From positions 6,260,006 to 6,324,005 of the forward strand of contig NC_083448.1 of assembly GCF_020745735.1 (NCBI RefSeq): 64,000 nt of DNA, given 5' to 3'. The position numbers and the translations under genes are program-made. This stretch comes from Hemiscyllium ocellatum. Taxonomy: Eukaryota. Below the pieces are notes generated by a model. The model saw only the letters and a list, made by a program, of their open reading frames with translations. It made no database searches and was not told the origin of the DNA. Below, in pieces: positions 12,190 through 24,594 of this stretch. Position 1 is the stretch's first letter, and every line of letters starts with the position of its first letter.

Positions 12190-13860
12190 GATTGGTTAGG
12201 ATATTGCCCTGAGGAGTTAAATGTTTTGATTCACTCAAGGGACCTGGGCATTGTTGGCTGGCCAGCTTTTGTTGCCCATCGCTCCTTGCCCTTGAGAAGG
12301 TGGTGATGAGCTGTCTTCTTGAATCGCTGCAGTCAACATGCTGCAGGTGACCTACACAGCCCCTCAGGGAGGGAATTCCAGGATTTTGAGCGAACAACCC
12401 TGAAGGAATGGCTGATGTATTTCCAAGTCAGGATGATGAGTGAGTTGAGGGGAAGTGTGGTGTTCCCGTGTATCTGCTGCCCTTGTTCTTCGGGATGGAA
12501 GTGGCCATGGATTTGGAAGGTGCTGTCAAATTTGGATTTATGGTGAATTTCTACCGTGCATTTTGTAGATAGTACATTCTGCTGCTACTGAGCATCAATG
12601 GTGGAAGGAGGGGATGTTTGTGGATGTGATGCTAGTCAAGTAGGTTGCTTTGTCCTGGATGGTGTCAAGTTTTTTAAGTGTTGTTGGAGCTACACCCATC
12701 CAAGCAAGATTCCAGACTTCAGCCTTGTCAATAGTGGATAGGCTTTGGGAGTCAGGAGGTGAGTTACTTGCTGCAATATTCCCAGGCTTAGACTTACTTT
12801 TATAGTCACTGTGTTTATGAGTCCAGTTGAGATTCTGGTCAATAGCAACCTCAAGGATATTGACAGTGGGAAATTCAGTGATGGTAACACCATTAAATAT
12901 CAATGGGCAGTTGTTAGATCCTTTCTTATTGGAGAGAGTCATTGCTTGGCATTTGTGAAGTGCAAAGATCACTTAACACTTGTCAGCCCAAGCCTAGTTA
13001 TTGTCCAGATCTTGTTGCATTCGAAGATGGACCGTTTCAGTATCTAAGGAGTCATGAATTATGCTGAACATTGTGCAATCGTTGGCAAACATCCCCACTT
13101 CTAACCTAATGATGGAGGGAAGGTCATTGATGAAGCAGCTGAAAATGGTTGGGCATAGGACACTACCCTGAGGAACTCCTGCGGAGATGTCCTGGAGCCG
13201 AGATGACCAATCTCCAAAAGCCACAGAAATCATCCTATGTACCAGCAATGACTCCAAGTGGACATTTGCCCCTTGATACCCATTGATTCCAGTTTTGATC
13301 AGGGTCCTTAGTACCACACTTGATTGAATACAGCCTTGATGTTAAAGGCTGTCACTCTCTCCTCCCCTCTGGAATTCAGCTGTTTTGTTCATGATAGAAT
13401 CAAGGCTGTAATGAGATCAAGAGCCGAGTGGCCCTGGCGGAACGCAAACTGGGCGTCACTGAGCAGGTTATTGCTGAGCAGATGTTGCTCAATAACATGG
13501 TTGGTAACACCTTCCATCACAAAACTAATGATTAAGGGGTAGAGTCTTGGTGTAATAACTGGCTGGGTTGGATTTGGTCAGCTTATCGTGTACAAGACAT
13601 TCGGGACAAATTTCCACATTGTCGAGTAGATGCCAGTGTTGTAACTGTACCAGAAGAGCTTAGCTTGGGGATTGGAGCACATACCTTAAGTACTATTGCC
13701 AGAATGTTGTCAGGTATCCAGTGCCCCCAGCTGTTTCTTGATATCATGTGGAGTGAATCGATTTGGCCAAAGACTGTCATTTGAGATGCTGGATGCTGAG
13801 ATGGATCGTCCACTTGGTGCTTCTAGCTGAAGATTGCTGTGAATGCTTCAGCCTTATCTT
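12190..13860 (-). mobile_element. Decayed LINE (CR1/L2 clade) with RT remnants
   Basis: Minus ORF pieces SAGVPQGSVLCPTIFSCFINDLPSII...MFANDCTMF and LKKLDTIQDKA. Confidence 0.85.
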
Positions 13861-15339
13861 AACTGGGGTTTGTCTATCCCTATTTTGTTGAGCTGAAACA
13901 GGTGCAGTGTTTGTTCTTTCAAAACAGGTATGGCGTATGAGGTGCTTCACTCCACTTGCAATTACAGGTGATATTTATAACACATATTTACACTTATATC
14001 AGATGTTTCCTGGAGCACACAGTTCAGGAGTTTGAGTCACTCAGTGTTCTATAGCAGGTTAACCTTCATGGTCCTTCTTCTGTGTGCCTTTGCGGCTGCT
14101 GCCCCAAGCTTTAGCGTATCTTCAGCCAATGATCCTGGCTCTTGAAATATATCACTTGTCTGCAACGCTAGGTCATGGACAGGTCTTTATACTGGAACAA
14201 CAGGAAGTGTTGGCCTGTCCAAAGATGTTTCACTGATGTTCTTCTAGCACCAGTTGATGTTTTACTTCAGCCTGGGAACAGCCATAGAGCACAGAGTCCT
14301 GTGTCACAGAGCTGTTCGCTATGAACCTCACCCTTTAAATAAAACACTGCTTCTCTTTCTCGGCCTTTTTACTTTGCCAAGGCATATGCCAGAAGGAGAT
14401 GGGTGACAGTTTCACAGCCAGCTCAAGCGAAGAGAGGGGACTTTTCACTACCAGCCAAGAGACCTCTTAGTGTTTGTTTCAAAGGTGTGCCATATGAGTT
14501 TGTAGTCTGCTCAGAAAATCATCCCACAGAATCCATCGCCTCCTTTCTCTGCACACAACTGCAATTTTTCGCACAGCTGGTATCAAGAAAACCCCAAAAC
14601 AAATACTACCTTGTATTAACATGATGTAAAATGAAAGCGTTCTTACAGTAGCACTTGCATTGCAGGATCCCTTTTGGGAACATTGCATAACTAAAATAAT
14701 TCCCAGTCGATAGATTGTGTGAATTTCTTTTTAACGAGATGTTGGCTTTTTAATTATTCAATTAAATAAATATAAGCAATTTTCGATTTTGGAATCTAAA
14801 CCATTCCAGAATAACACTCAAGGAAATTGGTCCTCATCTGCTTACCTGTCTGTAGGCGTTTGCATTTATGTGTCTCGTTACAATCGCAAATCTCTGGGGG
14901 TCTCCATCACAACGTACTTGAATTGTGAAACACATCTCTTGAATCCCACTTTAAATCTTGTTCACAGCTCCAAGACTAAAAGCTAACAACTGCAAAAGCA
15001 AACTACAAAGAGCATTTTTATCACTTTGATTGTGTCTTATGAACCAAACAGTCTGAATACAAGGAATTGCTTTGAAGTCCAGCCAAACTGTATTGGTGAA
15101 CACAGCAGCTGTGTTATACACCACCCTGGGTCCCACAAGCTGCAATTAAATGAATAGTCGTGCACTTATCTATCTGTTCATTCATCTTTTCACCTGTCGG
15201 TATTTGGGAAATCAAAACTAGATTCTGATCCTGTTGTCATCATATTCTTTCAACCTCTTGCTGTGTTTTTTTTTAAGTGACACATTCTTCCCCATTTCCT
15301 TTAAATATGCAATGCATTTTATGTTAGTTGTTTCTCAGA

Positions 15340-15765
15340 TGGTTCTCACTTATCTCCGAGTCATAGGATTGTGAGTTTCGATCGTATACCACGATGTGAG
15401 AATGAAAGTCAAGGCAGCCGCTCCAGTGCAGTTTTGGGGGAGTGCTGCACTCTTAGATTTATGTCTCATATTACAGATGAGACATTCAAACTGAGGCCTG
15501 AGTTGCTACCCACTTTGGTGGATGTGAAAGATCCCAAGCCACTATTTCTAATAATAGGCCTATTATCGATGTGACCTGGCTATGTTTATCCCTCAGCTGA
15601 CATTACGAAAGAGATTGATGGTCATGATCACATTTCAGTTTGTGAAAGTTTGATGTGTGCGAATTGGCAATTGAGTTTGTATAATGCAACTGGGATTACT
15701 CTTCAAAAACGTACCTTACACGTACTTTAGGACATAATGCAATTGTGAAAGATGCTATATAAGTT
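15340..15765 (+). mobile_element. Deu-domain-type SINE (decayed)
   Basis: tRNA-like head remnant, then cagtgcagtttggggagtgctgcact...gatgtgaaagatccca...gtgaaagatgctatataa. Confidence 0.55.
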
Positions 15766-16039
15766 CCAAATCATTTTTAAAAATTGATTAACTTCTAATG
15801 AAGCTACCTTATTTGTCGATCTTTTTTGTAGTCCTTTAATTGACTTGTTTCTGCCATCCATATAACTGATGATGTGTTTTCACATTTTCATTTTTCAGTG
15901 TGTGGCAGAGGCAGTAACCACAGTAGTGTTACAGTGAAGTAAATAGGAGTTGTATACCAAGTAGTTGCTAAACTGGGAAGGTTTAACTGTGAATAAGAGT
16001 CTTGCACAAGTTGCTAAATGGGTTGTGAAAGCAATGATA

Positions 16040-17940
16040 GGAACATAGGAACAGGAGGAGGCCATTCAGCCCCTCAACCCTGTTCCATCATTCAATGAGA
16101 TCATGGATGATCTGTAGCCTAATTCAATGGCTTAATACCTTTGCCAATGCCTAACAAAAAATTATATCATAATTAAAATTAATAATTGATCCTGTATCCT
16201 TGCCGTGTGTGGAAGAGAGTTCCAAACATATACACCCTTTAAGTGTAGTAGGACTTCCTAACATCTCTCCTACCTCTGGCCCTAATTCTCAGGCCATTGC
16301 CCCCTACTTCGAGAATCCCCAAACAGTGGAAATAGTTATCTTTACCCTGCCTTTTCTTTGTATCATCTTAAAGACTTCGATCAGGTCACATGTTAACATT
16401 CTGAATTCAAGAGAAAACAGGCTTAATTTATATAATCTTTCTTCATAACCCTGAAATCCAGGTCCCATTCTTGTTAATCTGTGTTAAGGCTTTTCCTCGA
16501 ATGTGATGCCCAAATCTTTTCACAGTACTCCAAGTTGAGTATAACCAGAATTTTGTCGAACTGCTTAAGTTCTGCATCCTTGAACTTAAGTCCTCTGGAT
16601 AGAAAGGCCATTAGATTTCTTGATTATTTTCTGCAACTGCTCATGAAATTTTAAAGATCTCTATACTTGAACCCCAAGTCTCTTCGGACACACACTGTAT
16701 TTTGACCATCCAGAAAGTACCCTGATCTACCCTTTTCCAGACCAGAATTACCTCAATCATCTGTCATGAGTCCATTCGGAATCCCCCGATAAGCTGAAAA
16801 GTTTCAAGGTGTTCAGATACCGTATCCTTGATTACAGACTCCAACAATTTCCCCACCACAAATATTATGCAAACTGGTCTGTAATTCCCTATAATTTCGC
16901 CCTTCATGAAAAGCAGAGTGACATGTGCAACTTACCACTGCAGAGGGCTGAGTTGTGTATCTAGGCAACTGTGAAAGATTAAAGTTATGATATCTATTAT
17001 GTATTTCTGTTAACATCTTTGGATGGAAACCGTCAGCTCCTGGGGATATGTCATTCATCAATTCCATCAATTTCCTCAATGATTAGCTTATGTTAATTTT
17101 ATTCAGTTTCTGTTCCCGATAAACAGTTAATTTCCTTGGACTTCCAGCAAGCTATCTTCCTTCGGCACAGACTGAGGTAAACCAGTTGTACAACATGTCT
17201 GCCATTTCCCTGTTGCCATTGATAATATTCCCATTTTCAGTCTTTAGTGGCTTCTGATCACCCAATTTTCCTTTATGTAATACAACATTTTCTCTTATTG
17301 ATTTTGATAATCATAACTAGTTTCCTTTCGTAATCCCTTTTTGCAGCTCTTCCCATTTGCTTTGTGTTCCATTGCTAGTCTTTGTGTCTTTCCCATTCAA
17401 CAGGATCTGTGTTTTCGTTTGGCATTTTTGTCAGACCTTTATTTCAGTTTTTTTTCTCTCTTGTCCACTTTTCTGTGAAGTGGACCTTTTCCTCTTAGGG
17501 GTCTAAAGTGGTTTTGTATTATGTTAAATGTTTCTTTAAACATTCTCTACTGTTCTTTAGTTGGTTTGCCCATGAGCAGATTTTCCCCACTTTTTGTAGA
17601 TAATCTCTGTCTCATCAGCCTTACCTAAATGTAAAGCTCTCAGAGCTGTTCATTCTTTACTCTTTCAAATGTTACATTGAACTGAATGATGTTATGATCA
17701 CTTTTGATAAATGTTTGTGCCCAATTAGATTACGATTTAAATCTGGCTCATTATTCATGACAAAGTCAAATATTGTTTGTAACCTTGTTGCATCCAGGTT
17801 AAGGTGTGAAACTAGGAAACTATGCCAGGCACACTCTGGAGATTCCCTACCTTTTTGACGAGTGCTTGACTGCCTCTCCCAATTAACGTTAAAGTTAGAA
17901 TCCCTTGTTAATACTACTCTGGCTTTACCATACACTTGCA
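16040..17940 (-). mobile_element. Long decayed CR1 LINE remnant
   Basis: Tail ataggaacataggaacaggag at about 16040. Minus ORF remnants SPGADGFHPKML and VVLTRDSNFNVNW (RT and endonuclease regions). Confidence 0.7.
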
Positions 17941-18347
17941 GAATTCATGCTGAGACTTAGTGGGTGTGGCAGTATCTGAGGGTAGCGTCAGAGAATTCTT
18001 ACAGCGTGGAAGCAGGCCATTTGGCCCTTCAAGTCCACATCGACCTTTCAAAAAGCATTCCACCCAGACCCACCCCGTACCCTATCCTTGTAGTCCTGCA
18101 TTTCCCAAAGCTCATCCACCTAGCTTGCACATCCCTGGATAGTATAGTCAATTTGGTCAGTGGATTCGAAATGTTAACTCTGCTCCCCGCCCCATCGCCT
18201 CGAACAATAGAGTCATAGAGATGTACAGCACGGAAAGAAGTGCTGTGTTTCGTCAACAATTTCTGTTTTTGTTTCAAATCTCCAGCATCCACAGTTCTTT
18301 GTTTTATTTTAGTGCCTAACTGCAGCATTTATTACAATCAAACGCTT

Positions 18348-18694
18348 CAGAACTGATCGAGGGGTTCTGTATACATCTGCTACTGATGCGTTACATGAAA
18401 ATTGCATTAGATCAGTGGAATGCTGGCAGCTGAGCCCGAGAAGAAGGAGTTCTTGGCGGAGGTCCAATGGATCCTACATATTTTTTTACCCAGTAATAAT
18501 CCCTTCTGACAGATGTATTTGCACTGATAATCAAGGTTTGTCACACACTTGCAGTTGGAGATCCCTTTAACAAGTTCAATGCAGAGCTGATCGAGGGGTT
18601 CTGTACACATTTGCTACTGGTGCGTTACAGGAAAATTGCATCAGATCAGTGGAATGCTGGCAGCTGAGCCCGAGAAGAAGGAGTTCTTGGCGGA
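18348..18694 (+). repeat. 113-bp direct repeat (18348-18460 and 18582-18694, offset 234 bp)
   Basis: Both copies read ...ctgatcgaggggttctgta...agatcagtggaatgctggcagctgagcccgagaagaaggagttcttggcgga, with a few substitutions. Confidence 0.9.
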
Positions 18695-18970
18695 CGAGGA
18701 GAACTGGCAACATGACCATTCAGTTCCGCCCCGCTGCCAGGCCCCCATCTTACTGCGGGGCGAAACGCGGGCCCTCACCGCGCAGGCGCACCGCTGCGTT
18801 TGCCCCGCACGAACATGGCGGCACAAAGCGGCCGCACTCGGACGTCAACGTGGTGAGGCGGCTGGAGCACCGAGAGGGGGAAAAAAAACACAACAGGCAA
18901 CATTTCTGCTTCTGGGGGAGATCCCGACTGGACTGAGAGCTCGCCGAAGCCAGGGCCTGCTACCAGGTTC
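18695..18970 (+). promoter_or_regulatory. POLR3D: CpG-island promoter / non-coding exon 1 of POLR3D
   Basis: CpG-dense region with GC box CCGCCC, NRF1-like GCGCAGGCGCA (18780-18790) and YY1-like AACATGGCGG (18812-18821). Candidate donors lie at 18853 and 18967. It is the only CpG island upstream of coding exon 1. Confidence 0.65.
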
Positions 18971-19009
18971 GAGCATTAGTGATATTTGCCAGGGAATTGA
19001 GGCCGAGTG

Positions 19010-21240
19010 GCAGGGGAGGGCGTTGGGCCTGGGATGAGGGTGAAGGAGGGGGTGACATGGGGAGTGGAATGGGATGGGGGGAGAGGAGGGTGTGAGGTGG
19101 GGAGGGGTGGGGTGGGGAGGTGAGGAGGAGGGGTGGGTGGGGAGGAGGGGAGGGAGGGGNNNNNNNNNNNNNNNNNNNNNNNNNNNNNNNNNNNNNNNNN
19201 NNNNNNNNNNNNNNNNNNNNNNNNNNNNNNNNNNNNNNNNNNNNNNNNNNNNNNNNNNNGGGGTGTGGGGGTGAGGTGGAGTGGGGTTGTGAGGGGTGGG
19301 GGGGTGAGGGGGGTTGTGAGGGGTGGGGTTGGTGAGGGGTGGGGTTGGTGAGGGGGGTGGGTGGTGGGCGGGGATGGGGGGGTGGGTGGTGGTGAGGGGG
19401 GGATGAGGAGGTGTGAGGTGGGGGGATGAGGAGGTGTGAGGTGGGGGGTGAGGAGGGGTGGTGAGTAGGGGTGTGGTGGGGGGGTGAGGGTTGTTTTGGG
19501 GGTGGAGGGTTGAGGGTGTGGTGGGGGGGTGAGGAGGGGTGGGGTGAGGGTGTGGTGGGGGGTGAGGAGGGGTGGGTGTGAGGGGGGTGGGGGGGTGAGG
19601 AGGGGTGGTGTGAGGGGGTGGGGGGTGAGGAGGGGTGGTGTGGGGGGTGAGGAGGGGTGGTTGGTGAAGTGGGGTGGTGTGAGGGGGTGAGGAGGGGTGG
19701 TTGGTGAGGAGGGGTGGGGGTGGGATGAGGAGGGGTGTGGGGGTGAGGTGGGGGTGGGGGTGTCAGGGGGGCGGGGGTGAGGTGGTGTGGGGGTGAGGTG
19801 GGGTGAGGGGGTGGGGTGGGGGTGAGGTGGGGGTGTGGGTGTGAGGGGGTGAGGTGGGGTGTGGGTGTGAGGGGGTGAGGTGGTGAGGTGGAGTGGGGTG
19901 TGGGTGTGAGGGGGGTGAGGTGGGGTGGGTGTGTGGGGGGGTGAGGGGTGGGGGTGAGGTGGGGTATGGGTGTATGAGGGGTGAGGTGGGGTGTGGGTGT
20001 GAGGGGGTGAGGTGGGGTGTGGGTGTGAGGGGGTGAGGTGGGGTGAGGGGGTGAGGTGGGGTGTGGGTGTGAGGGGGTGAGGTGGGGTGTGGGTGTGAGG
20101 GGGTGAGGTGGTGAGGTGGAGTGGGGTGTGGGTGTGAGGGGGGTGAGGTGGGGTGGGTGTGTGGGGGGGTGAGTGGTGGGGTGGAGGTGGGGTATGGGTG
20201 TATGAGGGGTGAGGTGGGGTATGGGTGTATGAGGGGTGAGGGGGTTGGGGGGTGAGTGGTGGGCAGGTGAGGATGGGTGGGTGAGGATGTGTGAGGTGGG
20301 GGTTGAGGTGGGGGGGGTGGGGTGGGGGTGTGAGGTGGGGGGTGAGGTGGGGTGGGGTGGTGAGAGTTGGGGCGGGGGCTAAGGGGTGGGGTGGGGAGCG
20401 TAGGGTGGGGGAATGAGGAGGGGTGGGCAAGTGAGGGGGGTGGGGCAGTGAGGGGTCGGGGGTGGTGGGGCGGAGAGGGTCGAGGGAGTGAGATGGGTTG
20501 GGGGGGTGAGGAGGGAAGGTGGGGTGGGGGGGTGAGGTTGAGTGAGGTGGGGTGAGGGGGTGAGGTGGGGCGGTGATGGGTGGGGTGGTGAGGAAGGGTG
20601 GGGTAGGGGGTGAGGGTTGTTTTGGGGGGGTGAGGGGGAGGGGTGAGGTTGGGGGTTTGAGGGGGAGGCGGTGAGAGGGCTCGGGTGGGGGTGGGGGAGG
20701 GATGGAGGAGGGGTGGAGTGGGGGAAAGTGTAGGGATGAGGGCGGATGGGGGTGGGGAGGAGCGGTGGGTGAAGGGGTGGGGTGGGGGGAAGGGGTGAGG
20801 TGGGAGAAGGCGTGGAAGGTGGGTGGGATGGGTGGGGTGGGGTGAGTGAGGGGAGCGAGCGTTGGCAAGGTGTGGTGCGGGGAGTGGCGAGGGTGGATGG
20901 GAGGGAATGTGGAGCTGGGAGGGGCAAGTGTGGGTGGGAGAGGGTGTGGAGTGGGGAGGGGAGGGGGTATGTTGCGGAGTGGGCAGGTTGGCGAGGGGGC
21001 AGTGTAGAGGGAGGGTGGAATGGGAGAGTGAGGGTCGGGAGGGTAGTGTTAGCGGGTGGGAGGAGGGAGTGGGAGGGGATGGGGAGGGGATGGGGAGAGG
21101 GAGGGTAAGCAGGTAGGAAGGGAGGGGGCAGGGGTTTGGGACAGAGGAGTGGGATGATATTGGTGATGTTGAGGCACTGGGAAGAGGAAGGGGGATGGAT
21201 GTGATGGGGGGGACGATGAGATGGATGGGAAGGGGTGAGG
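19010..21240 (+). repeat. G-rich low-complexity minisatellite (GGGGT/GAGG units), G-quadruplex-prone; contains 100-N assembly gap 19160-19259
   Basis: Plus strand is almost devoid of C. Units such as GGGTGTGGGTGTGAGGGGGTGAGGTGG recur, with a higher-order duplication at about 19830-19990 and 20060-20230. Confidence 0.95.
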
Positions 21241-21654
21241 AGTTAAAGCCTCACTCGGATCTGGTCTTATCACCAAATTCCACTGACTATGAGAAAGTAA
21301 CAGGCTACACAAAACATTTGCAGTCTATTTTATCTCCCGGCTCTTAATTTTCTCACTGCCTCACCCATCCCCAGTTACCCCCCAATCTTTTCCCCTGCTT
21401 TTTGGTGATGGGTGGGGTACAAATCAAGCAGGATGCCTTGTCTTGGATAGCTTCACCTTGTGTGTTGTATGTAAACATTTAGCCCAAGTGTCTCAAAATG
21501 TTGAATCAAGTGCCAGAATTTGGTGCTTGTCTTAAACCAAAGTTGTCTGGAGCTGTAGGATTTCACGAGGTAGCACCACTGAGAGATGGGCCAAAGGTAC
21601 ATGATAACTGATGTCTTGCACTTGGAAGCTGGAGTGTAAGTTGATATAACAGTA

Positions 21655-22230
21655 AGACAGTGTTGTTGTGGTTCTGTTCGCCAAGCTGGGAATTTGTGTG
21701 GCAGACGTTTCGTCCCCTGTCTAGGTGACAGCCTCAGTGCTTGGGAGGCTCCTGTGAAGCGCTTCTGTGATGTTTCCTTCGGCATTTATAGTGATTTGTA
21801 CCTGCTGCTCCAGTTGTCAGTTCCAGCTGTCCGCTGCAGTGGCCGGTATATTGTGTCCAGGTCGATGTGCTTATTGATTGAATCTGTGGATGAGTGCCAT
21901 GCCTCTAGGAATTCCCTGGCCGTTTTCTGTTTGGCTTGTCCTATAATGGTAGCGTTGTCCCAGTCGAACTCATCTGAGTGTGTGGCTACTAAAGATAGCT
22001 GGTCGTGTCGTTTCGTGGCTAGTTGGTGTTCATGGATGCGGACCGTTAGCTGTCTTCCTGTTTGTCCGATGTAGTGTTTTGTGCAGTCCTTGCATGGGAT
22101 TTTATACACTACGTTCGTTTTGCTCATGCTGGGTATCGGGTCCTTTGCCCTGGTGAGTTGTTTGAGAGTGGCTGTTGGTTTGTGTGCTGTTATGAGTCCT
22201 AGTGGTCGCAGTAGTCTGGCTGTCAGATCT
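21655..22230 (-). mobile_element. Penelope-like element 3' fragment: GIY-YIG endonuclease plus terminal repeat with hammerhead-like motif
   Basis: ORF 21786-22238: NVVYKIPCKDCTKHYIGQTGRQLTVRIHEH...AREFLEAWHS...SINKH. Downstream on minus is GCA-CTGAGGC-TGTCACCTAGACAGGGGAC-GAAACGTC-TGC (21740-21701). Confidence 0.9.
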
Positions 22231-22554
22231 TCTCCCAAATTTTGAACAGTAAGACAATCTCTGAATATGTAGATTTGAAGTCTAAAAGCTCTTTTGGCCC
22301 ATTCGTACTGTGCTGGTTCCCAGCTCTGTGTTCAATTATTTTGTACTTCTGCAGAGAGCTGGCATCGGTCTGATCAGCCAACTGTAGTGCTTCTCAGCAT
22401 CAATAGCTGCATGAACCATTCTGGCATCCCACAGTTGCTTTTGACCTCCTGTTTTATTCTGCCCATGGGAAAAAGGAAATCCTGTGTGTTTTTGCCACTT
22501 GGCAATATTTTGGTTCTTTGACCAGCTTGGAGTGACCTCTGGATAGAAGTTAAG

Positions 22555-22770
22555 TGAAAGTGAGGACTGAAGATGCTGGAGATTAGAATCGAGATGAGAG
22601 TGGTGCTGGATGAGCACAGCAGGTCAGGCAGCATCCGAGGAGCAGGAAAATCAACGTTTCAGGCAGGAGCCCTTCCTGATGAAGGACTCCTGCCCAAAAC
22701 GTCGATTTTCCTGAACCTTTGATGCTGCCTGACCTGCTGTGCTTTTCCAGTACCACTCTAATCCTGAATC
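22555..22770. mobile_element. Palindromic non-autonomous Penelope-derived element
   Basis: Arms gcacagcaggtcaggcagcatc / gatgctgcctgacctgctgtgc surround a decayed CTGATGAAGG...CCCAAAACGTC. Confidence 0.8.
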
Positions 22771-22958
22771 TGTACAGCGGTTGCCAAGTTGTGATAATAT
22801 GCATGCCCAAGGAGATAATAAAGCTTGGAGACTCTCCTGTATCCCCTCAGGTGAGGTTGGGAAGCTGTGGTTTTGTGAGATCTGCTGTGTTTTCTAACTG
22901 GCATGGCTTTTGCGGTTGTACTAACTTGTTCTTTTGCATTGCAGATAACGAAACAGCG

Positions 22959-23183
22959 ATGTCTGAGAGAGGCCCCGGTGGAGATGCTGGCCATCCCAGT
23001 GCCATCAGGCCCGCTGTCACAGTAGGCAGGGGCCTACCAGGCCGGCGCAGCTCCGCCACCGTTACCCCAGGCCGCTTGCCCTCCGCCACCGTTACCCCAG
23101 GCCGCTTGCCCTCCGCCACCGTTACCCCAGGCCGCCTGCCCTCCATCCGCTCACGGGACCTAACGCTGGGAGGAATGAAAAAG
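22959..23183 (+). CDS. POLR3D: RNA polymerase III subunit RPC4, coding exon 1
   Basis: MSERGPGG...TPGRLPSIRSRDLTLGGMKK matches the vertebrate RPC4 N-terminus. Acceptor ttgcag ends at 22944; donor GT at 23184. Confidence 0.95.
23051..23144 (+). repeat. POLR3D: In-frame 30-bp tandem repeat x3 in POLR3D (SATVTPGRLP)
   Basis: ctccgccaccgttaccccaggccgc(t/c)tgcc occurs at 23051, 23081 and 23111. Confidence 0.97.
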
Positions 23184-23847
23184 GTCAGGAAGTCTGATTG
23201 ACGGTTGGAAGATTTGATTGAAATTTTCAGAGGCGGGCCAAAGTAGATGGGGTGGAACAGTTCCCACTGGTGAGAAGGTTAGGAATTGAAGTGCCCAGAT
23301 GTAAGGGAATTGGCAAAAGAAGCAATGGTGATGGCATGATCAACTTTTCCATGCAACAAGTGATTAGGATCAGGAAAGTGACTGAGCGTGTGTTGGAGGC
23401 AAGGTCAATTCAAACTTTCAAAAGAGAGTATTCTGAAAAAGACGCATGTGCAGGGTTATGGAGAGAATACAGGGAAATAGATGACTTGCTGTTGTTGTAT
23501 AAAATCTTGGTGAGATCACAGCTGGCATTTTGTGTACAGGATTCTGTATACGTAGAGTGAGTGTCGAGGAGATGCAGCATGTGTTTGAGTTTTGAAAAAT
23601 CAAGTGTCTCCACTGAAACTTGGAGAATTCTTGACAAGGTGAATGTAAAAGTAATATCCGTCCTGGCATACAAGTTTAGGACCAAGGCATACAATCTCAA
23701 AATAAAGGGATGGGGTTTAGGCCACTTAAGACTGAGATGTGGAAGAATATGGATACTAATGGCATTAGGGATATTGGGAAAGCAGCATTGAGGGAGAAGA
23801 TTAGCTATGATCCATTTGAATGGATGAGCAGGCTTGATATGCTGAAT

Positions 23848-24032
23848 GAGTTACGAGTGTGGTGCTGCAAAAGCACAGCAGGTCAGGCAGCATCCGAGGA
23901 GCAGGAGAATCGACATTTCTGGCATAAGCAATGAAACGTTGATTCTTCTGCTCCTCCCGATGTGCTGTGCTTTTCCAGCACCACACTCTCAACTATTGAT
24001 CTCCAGCATCTGCGGTCCTCACTTTCTTCTAG
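23848..24032. mobile_element. Palindromic Penelope-derived element with 14-bp TSD
   Basis: Same arm family as 22555 and 53584. Flanks are TTGATATGCTGAAT (23834-23847) and TTGATATGCTCAAT (24033-24046). Confidence 0.8.
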
Positions 24033-24594
24033 TTGATATGCTCAATAGCCTATCCTTTTCCAGTGTTGCTGATGAGGGAGTGCTGCACTGTTAAACACAC
24101 TTTCTTTTGAGTTAAATCAAAGCCCAGTTTACCCTTGGAGATCGTTCCTGCTCTTAATCAAAATAGCAGAATGGAACCTTTTGAGACAATATCGATCCCT
24201 CACCAGTGGAACAGATTACCTGGTAGTTTATTTTATCGCTGATTATGGAAACTTGCTGTACACAAATGAGCTGCCCGATTTCTTGTGTTGCCACAGTGAC
24301 CATACTCGTTAGGGCTTCAAATTCAAACACACAACTATGCAGAAAGAAATTAGTTCGATCATCATGTTGTCAAAACATGTTTTGCATAAGGAAGTCAGCA
24401 GACTGTTGATGGCAAAACCTATGTTTAAGTGGCCCAGGAGTCTTTTGAACGCTATTTATCGCACCTTGGAATCGTCAGCAATTTTCAATGAGAAAAGACG
24501 CGAGGAGTCAAACTGGTAATGTACTGTGTAGGGCGAAACTGTTTGATAAGCTCGCTGTGCTGGTCTTTCTCTCATTTCATTCTGGAGTTGGACT

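Noticed and set aside
18600-18970. miR-320-like hairpin, expected from the mammalian POLR3D promoter
   Set aside because: No match to the mature sequence (AAAAGCUGGGUUGAGAGGGCGA) was seen on either strand.
18976-20868. 630-aa Pro/His/Thr-rich ORF and overlapping Gly/Trp-rich ORFs
   Set aside because: A by-product of the G-rich minisatellite: the C-rich strand lacks stop codons. It spans an N gap and has no domain or splice support.
22719-22958. N-terminal extension of RPC4 suggested by the 160-aa ORF
   Set aside because: It starts inside a repeat and runs through intronic sequence. A clear acceptor at 22944 and the ATG at 22959 match the known N-terminus.
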